A stretch of DNA of 32,000 bases from Desulfotalea psychrophila LSv54 (GCF_000025945.1 NC_006138.1:480001-512000); one strand, 5' to 3'. Counted from the stretch's first letter, positions 1 through 10,591 are shown. Notes: generated from the letters alone by a model not told the origin. Numbers and translations: made by a program.

Positions 1-1
1 C

Positions 2-451
2 AAAAACGCCATTTACATGAGGCGTTTCCTCAAAGACCTACACACAAAAGTTAAGGCCAAGCAAGACCTCTTCCCCACGAAGATCAACGACCACGGTTAT
101 GGCAGAATAAAAAACTTCAAAGAATTTGATGACTGCTACACGGCCCCCATTCACGGTTTTAAAAATGCAGAGGATTATTGGCAGAAATGTAGCTGCCTGC
201 CATGGCTAGACAAGATAAAGCTCCCCTGTATGATGGTCAACAGTCTCGACGACCCCTTCCTCAGCAAGAGCTGTTACCCTGTAGAGATAGCCCGTCAGAC
301 AAAACAGCTCCACCTTATCAGGCCACGATACGGTGGCCATGTGGGTTTTGTCGCCCTGAACAGGGAAAAGGAGTACTGGTCTGAGGCAATCACCAAGAGT
401 TTCATCCGCTCAACCCTCGATCAGCATCATCTGCCAGATCAGCCTGAATAA
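2..451 (+). CDS. C-terminal part of an alpha/beta hydrolase (YheT-like), gene starts before the window
   Basis: Frame 2 is open from the window edge (KNAIYMRRFLKDL...) to a stop at 449-451. Contains IKLPCMMVNSLDDPFL and GGHVGFV, which resemble the catalytic Asp and His regions of YheT-type hydrolases. Confidence 0.65.
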   Translation, partial: KNAIYMRRFLKDLHTKVKAKQDLFPTKINDHGYGRIKNFKEFDDCYTAPIHGFKNAEDYWQKCSCLPWLDKIKLPCMMVNSLDDPFLSKSCYPVEIARQTKQLHLIRPRYGGHVGFVALNREKEYWSEAITKSFIRSTLDQHHLPDQPE

Positions 452-1628
452 GCCCCCCGGGACGCAGAAGGGACAAGGCTGTCTGGGCAAGATAGGCCGC
501 TCCTATGGGCAGGGCGTCCTCATCAAGGATCATATGGGGGCTATGGAGCGGAGCCGTCCCACTCTCCGGCGGCATTGTTCCCAACAGGGCCAAACAGGAG
601 GGTACCTCTCCTGCGATAAAGGAGAAATCTTCTGCGCCCATACAGGGTTCTACCTCCAGCAGGGCCTCTTCACCAAGGATCTCCACCACAGCATCTCGGG
701 CAAGCTGGACCACCATCTCACTGTTTTCGGTAAGCGGAATAGAGTCTAACAGACTAAAGGAGATAGAGGTCTGATACAGACCGGCCAAGGCATCGCATCT
801 CTGCTCAACAAGAGCACGTACTCTACCCTGCAGGGCTGAATTAAGGGCACGAATTGTCCCCGTCAGCCGGACATTATCGGCAATGATATTGGCGGCCTTT
901 CCCCCTTCAATGGTACAGATGCTGAGCACTGCCACCTCAAAGGGGCTAACCTGCCTTGAAACAACTGTCTGTAGGCCCAGGACCAGCTCCGAGGCAATAA
1001 GAATGGCATCGATACCTTCCTGGGGAGAGGCTCCCGCATGGGCAGCCCGGCCCCGGACGACGATTTCAAAAATATCTGATGCGGCCATCACTGCCCCGGA
1101 GTTGAGAGCAATGGTTCCACTGGTCAGAGTAGGGACCTGATGCAGGGCAAGAGCGGCATCAACACCGGCAAGAACCCCTTCCCCTATCATCCTCCTAGCC
1201 CCGGAAAAGCCATCCGGATCATCATAACAGCCCTCTTCTGCAGGCTGAAAGAGCAGGCGCACCCGCCCCGAAAATGATTCATTTCGAAGCAGGGAGGCAG
1301 CGCCAAGGACCATGGCCACATGGGCATCATGACCACAGGCATGCATACACCCCTCAATTTGAGAGGAAAATGACAGACCCGTCTCCTCTGCAATGGGCAG
1401 GGCATCCATATCGGCTCGAAGCAAAACCCTTGCTCCCCCGCCAGGACCAAATTCTGCCACAATCCCCGTACCACCAAGACCGGAACGAAATTCTATACCC
1501 AAATCCCTAAGCATTCCACCGATCAACTCTGCTGTTTTATGCTCCTGATAACCAAGCTCTGGATAACGGTGAATCTGCCTACGTACCCCTATAATAAAGT
1601 CCCTTATAGCCTCTGCCTTTTGTCGCAT
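402..1628 (-). CDS. M20-family amidohydrolase/peptidase (hippurate hydrolase-like)
   Basis: 408 aa ORF with RRQIHRYPELGYQE, LLRADMDALPI, GCMHACGHDAHVAMVLGAA, LLFQPAEEG and MGAEDFSF motifs typical of M20D enzymes. Confidence 0.92.
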   Translation of the reverse strand: MRQKAEAIRDFIIGVRRQIHRYPELGYQEHKTAELIGGMLRDLGIEFRSGLGGTGIVAEFGPGGGARVLLRADMDALPIAEETGLSFSSQIEGCMHACGHDAHVAMVLGAASLLRNESFSGRVRLLFQPAEEGCYDDPDGFSGARRMIGEGVLAGVDAALALHQVPTLTSGTIALNSGAVMAASDIFEIVVRGRAAHAGASPQEGIDAILIASELVLGLQTVVSRQVSPFEVAVLSICTIEGGKAANIIADNVRLTGTIRALNSALQGRVRALVEQRCDALAGLYQTSISFSLLDSIPLTENSEMVVQLARDAVVEILGEEALLEVEPCMGAEDFSFIAGEVPSCLALLGTMPPESGTAPLHSPHMILDEDALPIGAAYLAQTALSLLRPGGLIQADLADDADRGLSG

Positions 1629-1723
1629 CGCTCCCCCCTCTTACCTTTTAAGTGTAGGCCTTATACTAGCAAAAGAGAGAGAACAGAGCAAAAAATAGTC
1701 AACTTTTTGAGAGGAGAGGGCAA

Positions 1724-2767
1724 TCAGCCAACAATTTCGACATGGTTTATCTGCACATAGAGCTCACTGCCAAATTGCAATCCGACAGAGACCTTCTCGG
1801 CCACCTCGGAGTACAGAGATAGGTCTCCCACCTGCAGACAGATCAGACAGAGACCAGGCAAAGATGGACGCAACTCGACCACCCGGGCAGGAAAGGCATT
1901 AAGGACACTCCCCTCACCAGGCTTCTGAAAACAGAGAAGAACATCACGGGCCAACACCTGCAAACGCAGCTCTCGCCCCTCAGCCAGACCTTGGTGGGGC
2001 AGAGTAAAAATACCAGCCGCCGAGGAGAAGAGACAGAGACCCGGCTCAGAAGAGTGAAGAACATGGACAGGAAAAACATTACGATACCCCCCTGAGGAGG
2101 GGTAGAGCAGATGAGACAGCTCCTGCATAGGCCCATTGGCCTGTAGTCGCCCCTCATCCAAAATAAGAAGGTGATCGGCAAGGCGCATAACCTCATCGGC
2201 TGAATGACTGACATAGAGGACAGGAATCTCCAGCTGGCGATGAAGAGACTGAAGATAGGGAATGATCTCCTGCTTATGAGCCATATCCAGGGCAGCAAGA
2301 GGTTCGTCCATAAGAAGCATGGTAGGACGTGCAGCCAGGGCCCGGGCAATGCCCACCCGCTGCTGTTCACCGCCCGAAAGACCCGCGATACTTCGGTCGA
2401 GGAGATGCCCTATCTGTAATAGTTCAACTGCCTGATGCAGGGTCTGCCGATCAGCCCTGCGACGCCTCAGCCCATACTCTACATTACGACGCACAGAGAG
2501 ATGTGGAAAGAGACGTGGCTCCTGAAAAACATAGCCAATGGATCGTTTATGGGCCGGGACAAAGGAGTCTCTGTCCTGCCAGAGAAGATTCCCCACCTGA
2601 AGAAAACCAGACTCAAAACGCTCCAGACCGGCGATAGCACGAAGCAGAGTTGTCTTGCCACAGCCGGAGGGTCCAACCAGAGCGGTGAGACCTCGGGCAG
2701 GAAATTTCAGATCAACATCGAGAGAAAAGCCCTCTCGCTCAACCAGAAATCTGGCTAAAATTGTCAT
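1724..2767 (-). CDS. modC: Molybdate ABC transporter ATP-binding protein
   Basis: Walker A GPSGCGKTTLLRAI, signature LSGGEQQRVGIARAL, Walker B LLLMDEPLAALD, with a C-terminal region consistent with the ModC MOP domain. Overlaps modB by 4 bp. Confidence 0.93.
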   Translation of the reverse strand: MTILARFLVEREGFSLDVDLKFPARGLTALVGPSGCGKTTLLRAIAGLERFESGFLQVGNLLWQDRDSFVPAHKRSIGYVFQEPRLFPHLSVRRNVEYGLRRRRADRQTLHQAVELLQIGHLLDRSIAGLSGGEQQRVGIARALAARPTMLLMDEPLAALDMAHKQEIIPYLQSLHRQLEIPVLYVSHSADEVMRLADHLLILDEGRLQANGPMQELSHLLYPSSGGYRNVFPVHVLHSSEPGLCLFSSAAGIFTLPHQGLAEGRELRLQVLARDVLLCFQKPGEGSVLNAFPARVVELRPSLPGLCLICLQVGDLSLYSEVAEKVSVGLQFGSELYVQINHVEIVG

Positions 2768-3447
2768 GAGCGGGCCACCGTAAATCGTCGATTAACGGCG
2801 TAAACCACGATCAGAAGAGAGAAGGAGAGAAGAAGGAGAAGACCAGACATGATATGTGCCTGAGTATACTCAAGAGATTCGACATGGTCATAAATGGCAA
2901 TGGAAATCACCTGAGTTGTGCCCGGAATATTACCGCCAATCATCAGAACCACGCCAAACTCCCCCAAGGTATGGGCAAAACCAAGGACGGCAGCAGTTAA
3001 GAAACCGGGCCTGGCCAAAGGCACGGCCACAGAAAAAAAACGATCCAGAGGTGACGCGCCCAGGGTAGCAGCCACCTCTAAGGGCTTTCTGCCAACGGCA
3101 ACAAAGGCATCCTGTAATGGCTGCACCACAAAGGGCATGGAGTAAAAAACAGAACCCACCACCAAGCCGGCAAAGGTGAAGGCCAATGGTTCCCCCCCAA
3201 AGTAAACCATTAAAGCACCCAATGGCCCGTGAGCCCCCAGAGCCACCAGAAGATAAAAACCGAGCACAGTGGGGGGCAAGACAAGGGGCAGGGCCACTAA
3301 CGCTTCCAGCAAAAACTTCCAGCGCCAACGGCTCGTAGCAAGCCACCAGGCGATGGGGGTGCCCACCACCAGTAAGATAACGGTGGTCAGCGAGGCAAGC
3401 TTCAGGGTGACGAACAGGGCAGATAAATCATACTCATTAAAGATCAT
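2764..3447 (-). CDS. modB: Molybdate ABC transporter permease
   Basis: 227 aa membrane protein with PLVLPPTVLGFYLL and HTLGEFGVVLMIGGNIPGTTQV motifs of ModB; sits between modA and modC. Confidence 0.93.
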   Translation of the reverse strand: MIFNEYDLSALFVTLKLASLTTVILLVVGTPIAWWLATSRWRWKFLLEALVALPLVLPPTVLGFYLLVALGAHGPLGALMVYFGGEPLAFTFAGLVVGSVFYSMPFVVQPLQDAFVAVGRKPLEVAATLGASPLDRFFSVAVPLARPGFLTAAVLGFAHTLGEFGVVLMIGGNIPGTTQVISIAIYDHVESLEYTQAHIMSGLLLLLSFSLLIVVYAVNRRFTVARS

Positions 3448-4199
3448 GGACAGGAGTAACCAAAACCTCGAATAATTTTAAGGGCCTCTTCTCCCTTGGC
3501 AAATTCAAGGAACTGAGCTGCAACCTTATTGTCCCGGAGAAGAACGGCCTGCTGCTCAATGGGGCTATAAAGAGCTACAGGCACCTTCCATAGAGAACCC
3601 TGAAGATCAGCCTTACCACTCTTAAGCTGGGAGAGGGCAATAAAACCAAGCTCGGCATTACCACTCTTAATAAACTGCAGGGCCTGACTGATATTTTCGC
3701 CACGGACAAATTTAGGCTGCAATTGCTTCCACAGGCCAAGATTCTCTAACACCTGCTGAGAGGCCTTGCCATAGGGGGCAAGTTTTGGATTGGCAAAGGC
3801 CAGATGGTGAAACCGGCCCTCTTTCAAGGCAGTCGCGGAATCATCTAATAACTGCGGATCAGCACTCCAAAGTACCAAGGTACCCATGGCATAGGTAAAG
3901 CGAGTTCCAGCAACGGCAAGACCCTCCTCCTCCAGAAGTTTTGGACGTCTGACGTCTGCGGCAAAAAAGGCATCAAAGGGAGCACCGTTTTTGATCTGGG
4001 CATAATGTTTACCTGTGGAACCAAAAAGAAGAACGACCTTATGCGAAGTTTTCGCTTGAAAAGAGCTGGCAATTTCTTTTATGGCACCGGTAAAGTTACT
4101 GGCCACCGCCACTCGAATTTGTTCTGCCGAGGCAGATCCCGCCACCAGCAGAAAGCTCAGCACGATAATTGAACAAAAAAAACAGACTCCCCTCTTCAT
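3444..4199 (-). CDS. modA: Molybdate ABC transporter substrate-binding protein
   Basis: Signal peptide MKRGVCFFCSIIVLSFLLVAGSASAEQ, then VAVASNFTGAIKEIASSFQAKTSHKVVLLFGSTGKHYAQIKNGAPFDAFFAAD. The start at 4199 is preferred over the longer ORF start at 4301 because of the signal peptide. Confidence 0.93.
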   Translation of the reverse strand: MKRGVCFFCSIIVLSFLLVAGSASAEQIRVAVASNFTGAIKEIASSFQAKTSHKVVLLFGSTGKHYAQIKNGAPFDAFFAADVRRPKLLEEEGLAVAGTRFTYAMGTLVLWSADPQLLDDSATALKEGRFHHLAFANPKLAPYGKASQQVLENLGLWKQLQPKFVRGENISQALQFIKSGNAELGFIALSQLKSGKADLQGSLWKVPVALYSPIEQQAVLLRDNKVAAQFLEFAKGEEALKIIRGFGYSCP

Positions 4200-4583
4200 A
4201 ATACTCCTCCCTTCTTTAAACAGCCTAAGGAGGATTTGAGCATAATCCAAAGCAGAAGATGTTCCCTCCCATTTTCTGCAAAAAAACATACAACAACTCA
4301 TTTACAAAAACAATCCGAATAATAACAAGATAATGAAGCAGCTACATTCTACCAACCACTTTTCATTTAAATGACAGAAAATGACAATAACAGACCATTA
4401 AAGGCAAAGTGACCTCTAACAATAAAAGAAAAAAGAAAGAAAAAGATTATTGCCTCCCCTTCTCCGCTCTTACATTATTGACTATAACAATGTATCAATA
4501 GGGCTATTGTAAAAAAGAGCAAAAGGCCCTGAAAGCGTAGCCCCCACACACCACCCTAAATATCATTTATCCGAGGATGAGTT

Positions 4584-6161
4584 TTGCATCTCTTAATCAA
4601 GACATTAGTTATTCCCATCGAAAAAGATGGAATGGCAGAATATATAAAAACCATCGCCAAAATAGTAAAAATTAATGAAGACGATATAAGAGTAGTAAAA
4701 ACCCTGAGCAAGGCCATTGACCTGCGGGATCAAAATCAATTTTATTATAAGCTCTCGCTCGTCATATCCGTCCCTGATCTATTTGAGAACCCAGCCGCCA
4801 TACCTCTCTATGAAGAGCATCAGGAACCAAAAAAAACGCAGCTTCCAGGAAGAGAGAAACCCATCGTAGTGGGTTTTGGCCCCGCTGGCATGTTTGCGGC
4901 CCTGGAACTCATCGAATATGGATTGAAACCTCTTATCTTTGAAAGAGGGGAAAAAATAGAGGTGCGCGCCCTTGACGTCCAGAGATTTATTCGGGAAAAG
5001 ATTCTCAATCCGGCGTCCAACATCCAATATGGCGAAGGCGGGGCAGGCTCCTTTTCTGACGGCAAGCTCTTTTCAAGAAGAAACAACAATACCGGATACA
5101 TCAACAAGGTACTGCAGACATTTATCCGCTTTGGTGCCCCGGCAGAGATAGAGTATATGGCCAAGCCCCATCTGGGAACCGATGTGCTCTGCAAGATCGT
5201 ACGCAATATACGTAATTACATCCTTGAGCGGGGCGGGGAAATACACTACCGCTCGCAGATGACCGATATCATCATAACAGAGGAGAGGGCCGTGGGAATT
5301 GTGGTCAACGATGAGAGAGAATATCTCGCATCCACCATATTTATTGCCTCCGGTCACTCTGCCCGCGACACCTACCAGATGATGGCCGACCGGGGCATTG
5401 CCCTCGAGCAGCGACCTCTTTCAGTGGGACTAAGGATCGATCACCCCGTGGAGACCATTAATCTCCTCCGCTATGGAAATAAATATAAGGACTTTCCAGG
5501 ACTCGGGGCCGCCACATATTCCATTAACTACACCAACAGAAAAATCAAAAAAGGTGTCTATACCTTCTGCATGTGCCCGGGTGGCGAGATCGTCAACGCC
5601 TCCTCGGAGCCGGGACACTTTGTGGTAAACGGAATGAGCTACTCGCAGAGGTCATCGCCCTACTCCAATGCAGCTCTGGTGGTCAGCTGTCACCCCAGTG
5701 ACTACCCATCAGCTGATCCACTGGCGGGAATCGAGTTCCAGCGAGCAATTGAAAAAAAGGCCTACCAGGCAGGCAGAGGCACATGGCAGGCACCGGCCCA
5801 AAACCTGCTCGACTTTCTCGCCGACAGGCCCTCTACCACCCTCAATCCCAACTCCTTTAAGATGGGGGTGATCCCAGCCAATATGCGCGATATCATGCCC
5901 GCCTTTATCATAAGAGAGCTTCTTGCAGCCTTTGCTAAATGGAAGGCAGAAGTGCCCTTGTTTATTTCTGAACAGGCCATACTCTTAGGGGTGGAAACCA
6001 GAACATCATCTCCAGTGCGAGTGCAAAGAGATGAGCACTATGAGTCTATAAATATTAAGAACATCTACCCAATCGGCGAAGGATCGGGGCATACGGGTGG
6101 TATCACCAGCTCTGCCGCCGATGGCATAAGGGCCGTGCAGAAATTTGCCGCACGGCAGTAA
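4584..6161 (+). CDS. NAD(P)/FAD-dependent oxidoreductase (COG2509-like)
   Basis: 525 aa, TTG start. Dinucleotide fold PIVVGFGPAGMFAALELIEYGLKPLIFERG; NIQYGEGGAGSFSDGKL; C-terminal GEGSGHTGGITSSAADGIRA. Confidence 0.88.
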   Translation: MHLLIKTLVIPIEKDGMAEYIKTIAKIVKINEDDIRVVKTLSKAIDLRDQNQFYYKLSLVISVPDLFENPAAIPLYEEHQEPKKTQLPGREKPIVVGFGPAGMFAALELIEYGLKPLIFERGEKIEVRALDVQRFIREKILNPASNIQYGEGGAGSFSDGKLFSRRNNNTGYINKVLQTFIRFGAPAEIEYMAKPHLGTDVLCKIVRNIRNYILERGGEIHYRSQMTDIIITEERAVGIVVNDEREYLASTIFIASGHSARDTYQMMADRGIALEQRPLSVGLRIDHPVETINLLRYGNKYKDFPGLGAATYSINYTNRKIKKGVYTFCMCPGGEIVNASSEPGHFVVNGMSYSQRSSPYSNAALVVSCHPSDYPSADPLAGIEFQRAIEKKAYQAGRGTWQAPAQNLLDFLADRPSTTLNPNSFKMGVIPANMRDIMPAFIIRELLAAFAKWKAEVPLFISEQAILLGVETRTSSPVRVQRDEHYESINIKNIYPIGEGSGHTGGITSSAADGIRAVQKFAARQ

Positions 6162-6210
6162 TGCCCGGACAACGAATTTTACAAAATATACCTAAAAAGA
6201 TGGAGCATAC

Positions 6211-6903
6211 ATGAGATTACAAAAATTTTTATCTGATATCGGCTACTGTTCACGCGGTCAGGCGGAAGATTTGATCCGCAAAAGAAAGATCATGGTAAAT
6301 GGCAAGCAGGCAACCCTGGGCGATAAGGTCAGAGGAAATGAAAAGATTGTCATAGAGGGACGCCTGTTGGAAAGAAAAAAAGGACCGGCGAAAAAGGTAC
6401 TTCTCTTTCACAAGCCCGAGGCCGTAGACTGTTCTCTGGCTCCATCAAAAACCACCAAGACCCTGCTCGACTTTGATTTCGGTACCGACCGTGTTTTCCC
6501 CGTTGGCTACCTTGACCAAGCCTCCGAGGGCATACTACTCCTGACCAACGACGGAGAAATCGCGAACAAACTCTCCCTACCGGAGTTTAGGCCAGAGGAT
6601 GAGTACCTTCTAACCAGCCCAGAAGAAATTGACGCAGAGATGATCGAAAAGCTCACTCAGGCCAGAAAGGCAGAAAAGAACAAATCAGTGGTCGATATTG
6701 AGCAAATAGACGCCAAGCACCTGCGAATACTACAGCAGGGCGGCCGCAGTAAGGACATTAAGAAGATGTGTGAGGCTGTTGAACTGGTGATTGAGCAGCT
6801 GGTTCGAGTACGGGTGGGTAATATCACTCTGGAAGGACTTGAAAAAGGCATATACATCCCCCTTGATCCTGAACAGCTCAAGCGCCTCCTCAAAAAGCAG
6901 TAG
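6211..6903 (+). CDS. rRNA pseudouridine synthase of the RsuA/RluB/RluF family
   Basis: 230 aa with N-terminal S4-like MRLQKFLSDIGYCSRGQAEDLIRKRKIMVNG, HKPEAV, VFPVGYLDQASEGILLLTNDGEIANKL, and GNITLEGLEKGIYIPL. Confidence 0.85.
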   Translation: MRLQKFLSDIGYCSRGQAEDLIRKRKIMVNGKQATLGDKVRGNEKIVIEGRLLERKKGPAKKVLLFHKPEAVDCSLAPSKTTKTLLDFDFGTDRVFPVGYLDQASEGILLLTNDGEIANKLSLPEFRPEDEYLLTSPEEIDAEMIEKLTQARKAEKNKSVVDIEQIDAKHLRILQQGGRSKDIKKMCEAVELVIEQLVRVRVGNITLEGLEKGIYIPLDPEQLKRLLKKQ

Positions 6904-6921
6904 CCCCTACCCGAGAAATAG

Positions 6922-6953
6922 CACAGGCCATAAAATGATGTTTATGGCCTGTG
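6922..6953. terminator. Likely bidirectional terminator hairpin between convergent genes
   Basis: Perfect 13-bp inverted repeat CACAGGCCATAAA - ATGATG - TTTATGGCCTGTG in the gap between the pseudouridine synthase end (6903) and the panF end (7023). Confidence 0.75.
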
Positions 6954-7022
6954 ATTTATCGCCTTTCCCTAAGGCCTGTCAGAAAATAAGATAAACATCT
7001 TATCTTGTAACAGCCTTTAAGA

Positions 7023-8453
7023 TCACTCTCTCTTCTTACCTGCACAGATCACCTGCACCAGCAAAAAGGCCAGAAGTGAGGCCAAAAGTGAGGAGACAAT
7101 GGCATGCAAGCCAAAGATCTTTATCTTCAGGAATGTTTGAGGTAGATAAAATGCCAAGCCAAGTACCATACTAGCCAAAGCCGCCTGACTGGAGGCCGCC
7201 GGCCAAAAAAGGCCAAGAACAAGCGGCCATAAGAAGACCACCTGCAGGGCGCCAAAGGCCGCCATATTAAGCCAGATAATCATCTGCGGTGGATTAAGGG
7301 CGAGCAGAGTACAGACCCCCGCCACCACAATAGTTATCACTCTGGTCAGCCATTTTTGCTGGCCCTCACTTAAGCTGTAATTTCGAATGGCAAGATCATT
7401 CACCAGGGTAGATGTAGCCTGGAGCAACATTGAATCCACCGAAGACATGATGGCGGCAATGGGGGCAGCAAGGAGCAATCCCGCCACCCAGGGTGAAAAC
7501 AGGCGGAGCATCAAGGTGGGCATAATCTCATCGGGACTGCTGAGCTCCGGCACCAGAGGTCGGCCAAGGGCACCAATAAGGTGAGGCAGGAAGGTGACAA
7601 GAGCTGTCACCGCAGTACCAAGCACCATGGCCCTGGCAATGGCCTTACCGTCTTTGGCAGCCATTACCCGAAGCACCGTATGAGGCAGGCCGATGGTTCC
7701 GAAACAGACCAAGATCCAAAAGGAGAAGAGGAAGGGCCAGGACATAAAGCCGCCTGCTCCATGGGGCTGAACAAGCCCTGGATCAATGCTCGCCATCTGC
7801 GAGGTAAGATTTGCCATACCACCACCATGAGCAAGCACTCCCAGCAGGAGAGCAACCATACCTGCCAGCATGATAAGTCCTTGGATGGCATCGGTATAAC
7901 TTACAGCCCGAAATCCGCCCCAGAGGGTATAGACCACAACGGTTCCCACAAAGAGAAAGAGGCCATTTGCATAGGACATACCCACCATAACGTTGAGCAG
8001 ACGAGCCCCACTGGTAAATTGGACCACAATCATACCTAAGAAACCGGCAACAAGACTCATGCCGGCAAGCCAGAGCAGGGCCTTTGAATGATAACGATCT
8101 CTGAAAATATCAAGTATGGTTACAGCCTTACTCTCTTTTGCCAGAGTCCAGAGACGGGGGCCTAAAACCCCCAGGGTCAGCATAACAACTGGCACCTGAA
8201 TAACGGCAAGCAGTACCCAGCCCAGGCCAAAGGTATAGGCCGCCCCGGGACCACCGATAAAAGAGCTGGCACTGGTATAGGTAGCCACCAACGAGAGGGC
8301 CAGGACCCCCCCGCCCATAAACTGACCACCAAGAAAATATTTACGGGAAAAATCTTCATCTCCGCCAGCGCGGTTAGCTGCAAAACGAGAGACAAGAAGG
8401 GTCAAGACAAGATAGATGACAATCGAAACAAGAATCGGGTTCACAGAGATCAA
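7023..8453 (-). CDS. panF: Sodium/pantothenate symporter (SSS family)
   Basis: 476 aa, multiple TM segments; SRKYFLGGQFMGGGVLALSLVATYTSASSFIGGPGAAYTFGLGWVLLAVIQVP. Coupled to a YhdT-like gene. Confidence 0.9.
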   Translation of the reverse strand: MISVNPILVSIVIYLVLTLLVSRFAANRAGGDEDFSRKYFLGGQFMGGGVLALSLVATYTSASSFIGGPGAAYTFGLGWVLLAVIQVPVVMLTLGVLGPRLWTLAKESKAVTILDIFRDRYHSKALLWLAGMSLVAGFLGMIVVQFTSGARLLNVMVGMSYANGLFLFVGTVVVYTLWGGFRAVSYTDAIQGLIMLAGMVALLLGVLAHGGGMANLTSQMASIDPGLVQPHGAGGFMSWPFLFSFWILVCFGTIGLPHTVLRVMAAKDGKAIARAMVLGTAVTALVTFLPHLIGALGRPLVPELSSPDEIMPTLMLRLFSPWVAGLLLAAPIAAIMSSVDSMLLQATSTLVNDLAIRNYSLSEGQQKWLTRVITIVVAGVCTLLALNPPQMIIWLNMAAFGALQVVFLWPLVLGLFWPAASSQAALASMVLGLAFYLPQTFLKIKIFGLHAIVSSLLASLLAFLLVQVICAGKKRE

Positions 8454-8653
8454 CGCTCAAGCAGAAGGAAATAGGCAGCAACCACCAACAGGGTGGGAGC
8501 CATTACACAGGAAAACCAAAACCATAGGGGTAATCCGGCAAACATCTCAGGTATCACCCTACCATCGGTTCCAAAAATAATTGGACCGAGCGCCCAAAGA
8601 AAACAGTAGGCAAAAGTCAAAAGCAGGGCCCTTGACGTCATCTTTTCAGACAT
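8450..8653 (-). CDS. Small membrane protein, YhdT/DUF997-like, upstream partner of panF
   Basis: MSEKMTSRALLLTFAYCFLWALGPIIFGTDGRVIPEMFAGLPLWFWFSCVMAPTLLVVAAYFLL. Overlaps panF by 4 bp. The internal ATG at 8653 is preferred over the ORF start at 8749. Confidence 0.75.
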   Translation of the reverse strand: MSEKMTSRALLLTFAYCFLWALGPIIFGTDGRVIPEMFAGLPLWFWFSCVMAPTLLVVAAYFLLLER

Positions 8654-9015
8654 AGAATTTTCCCCTTGGATTTTTTGTTTCTTCACAGAAAATATCTCCC
8701 TTTTTACAGAGCAGATGCTTATACCCTTACAAATTCTCCCAATAGCCACATTAACCGATGACTGTCAACAGAAAGTCTATGGCGAGAAGATAAGAAATTT
8801 TGTTCAAGACAGGGGACGGCCAAGGCCTAAGCCTAAATTCTATCATTTTCCAATATGATAAAACGGACAAAACCTCTTTAAGCCCTTATGGCTTTTAAAA
8901 ACAATCTGATTGTAGGCGCCAACTTAATTTATTACACTCAATATTCATTTTTAATGATAAACAGCGGCCAACCCCCTCAACAGCCTTTACAACAACACCA
9001 TCAAAGAGAGCTTTT

Positions 9016-10461
9016 GTGAATAATAAAAAATATTTTCTGGTGGGAGTCCTGACTCTTTTACTCCTTCTGGGCTTCATTACAACCTGTTTTGTCAGTTACT
9101 ACGTGGCCCACAAATCCATCTCCGAGCAAATTGCCAAAACCACCCTGCCTCTGACCAGCGACAACATCTACTCAGAAATACAGAGGGACCTCCTTCGCCC
9201 TATTTTCATTTCATCACTGATGGCCAACGATACCTTCGTTCGCGACTGGGCCATGGAAGGGGAACAAAACGAGGAGGCTATCATTAAATATCTCAGCGAA
9301 ATCCAGAAGAGATACGGCACAGTTTCCTGTTTCTTTGTCTCTGAAAAGACAGGAAGATACTACCATCCAGAAGGAGTTATAAGGCAAATCAGCCCGACAG
9401 ACTCTCAGGATCAGTGGTATTACCGTCTGAAAAAAATAAAAGAGAGATATGAGGTAAATGTAGATGTTGACTCTGCGGACAAAAAATCCATGGTGATTTT
9501 CATTAATTACCAAATGTATGACTATAGCGGCAATTATATCGGGGCCACGGGCGTAGGCCTGGAGGTTAACTCCGTTATAGATCTGATAAATACATATCAA
9601 AATCGATATGGAAGAAGGGTATTTTTCGCAGACATGGAAGGAAATATCAGGCTACGGAGTAGTCAGGATGGCGGACCAAAAAATATTCGCCAGCTAGATG
9701 GGATTTCAGCACACACCACCAGAATACTCACCACACCCAGCAGCAGCATCTCCTATAAACGCCAGGGAAAAACCGTTTACCTCAATAGCCGTTTTGTCCC
9801 TGAGTTTAAATGGATTCTTCTGGTGGAGCAGGTAGAGGATCCACTGGAAACGCGGCTCTTTAATACCCTGATGATAAACCTTGGCATCAGTCTTATCATC
9901 ACCGGCATAATATTGTTTTTCGCCTACCTGACCATTGGCGGCTACCAGAGAAAGTTGGAAGAGATGGCCACAACCGATAGTTTAACGGGAATAGCAAATA
10001 GACAAATATTTGATATTCTCTTTAACCAAATGTCCAAGCACAGCAGGCGACAGGGATGGCCATTATCCGCCATTATGTTTGATCTGGATCACTTTAAAAA
10101 GATAAATGACAGCTACGGACATCCTGCAGGAGATCTCATCTTAAAAGCTGTTAGCCAAATAGCTCAAAATATACTCCGCGATTCAGATATCCTCTGTCGC
10201 TGGGGAGGAGAGGAGTTTTTAATCCTCCTGCCAAATTGCAATACAGCTCAGGCTCAAGGAGTAGCTGAAAAAATCCGCCAAGGTCTCGAAACTGCCTCAG
10301 AATTAATTTACAATCAGCAGCTCATCTCCATTACGGCAAGCTTTGGCCTTACAACTCTTCAGGATTATGACAGCAAAGACGAATTGATCAAACGAGCGGA
10401 TATTGCCCTCTATGCCGCCAAAGAAAATGGCCGAAACCGGGTTGAGGTGGCTCAGCTATAG
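9016..10461 (+). CDS. Membrane sensor diguanylate cyclase (periplasmic Cache-like domain plus GGDEF)
   Basis: Two TM segments flank a large periplasmic region. GGDEF domain TDSLTGIANRQIFDILF ... LRDSDILCRWGGEEFLILLP has a GGEEF active-site motif and an RxxD (RDSD) inhibitory-site motif. GTG start. Confidence 0.92.
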   Translation: MNNKKYFLVGVLTLLLLLGFITTCFVSYYVAHKSISEQIAKTTLPLTSDNIYSEIQRDLLRPIFISSLMANDTFVRDWAMEGEQNEEAIIKYLSEIQKRYGTVSCFFVSEKTGRYYHPEGVIRQISPTDSQDQWYYRLKKIKERYEVNVDVDSADKKSMVIFINYQMYDYSGNYIGATGVGLEVNSVIDLINTYQNRYGRRVFFADMEGNIRLRSSQDGGPKNIRQLDGISAHTTRILTTPSSSISYKRQGKTVYLNSRFVPEFKWILLVEQVEDPLETRLFNTLMINLGISLIITGIILFFAYLTIGGYQRKLEEMATTDSLTGIANRQIFDILFNQMSKHSRRQGWPLSAIMFDLDHFKKINDSYGHPAGDLILKAVSQIAQNILRDSDILCRWGGEEFLILLPNCNTAQAQGVAEKIRQGLETASELIYNQQLISITASFGLTTLQDYDSKDELIKRADIALYAAKENGRNRVEVAQL

Positions 10462-10529
10462 ACTAACGCAACAGAGCCGGACAAGCTCAGTAAGTCAACC
10501 ACGAGGCGAAGCTCCAAATTTACCAACTC

Positions 10530-10561
10530 CTTCCCTCCCTTCTTTCGCAAGGGAGGGGAAG
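10530..10561. terminator. Candidate terminator hairpin between convergent genes
   Basis: CTTCCCTCCCTT - CTTTCGC - AAGGGAGGGGAAG, a 12-bp stem with a single bulge, in the gap between the diguanylate cyclase end (10461) and the DUF364-like gene end (10592). Confidence 0.5.
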
Positions 10562-10591
10562 AAGATATCACCAGCCGCCTTTACAGGAGGG

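Noticed and set aside
402-451. Overlap of the alpha/beta hydrolase and M20 gene ends as a possible frameshift
   Set aside because: Both reading frames look complete at their C-termini; a ~50 bp convergent overlap is unremarkable.
2204-2758. Antisense ORFs over modC, and similar antisense ORFs over other genes
   Set aside because: They lie opposite well-supported coding genes, have no recognisable domains, and are typical by-products of the six-frame track.
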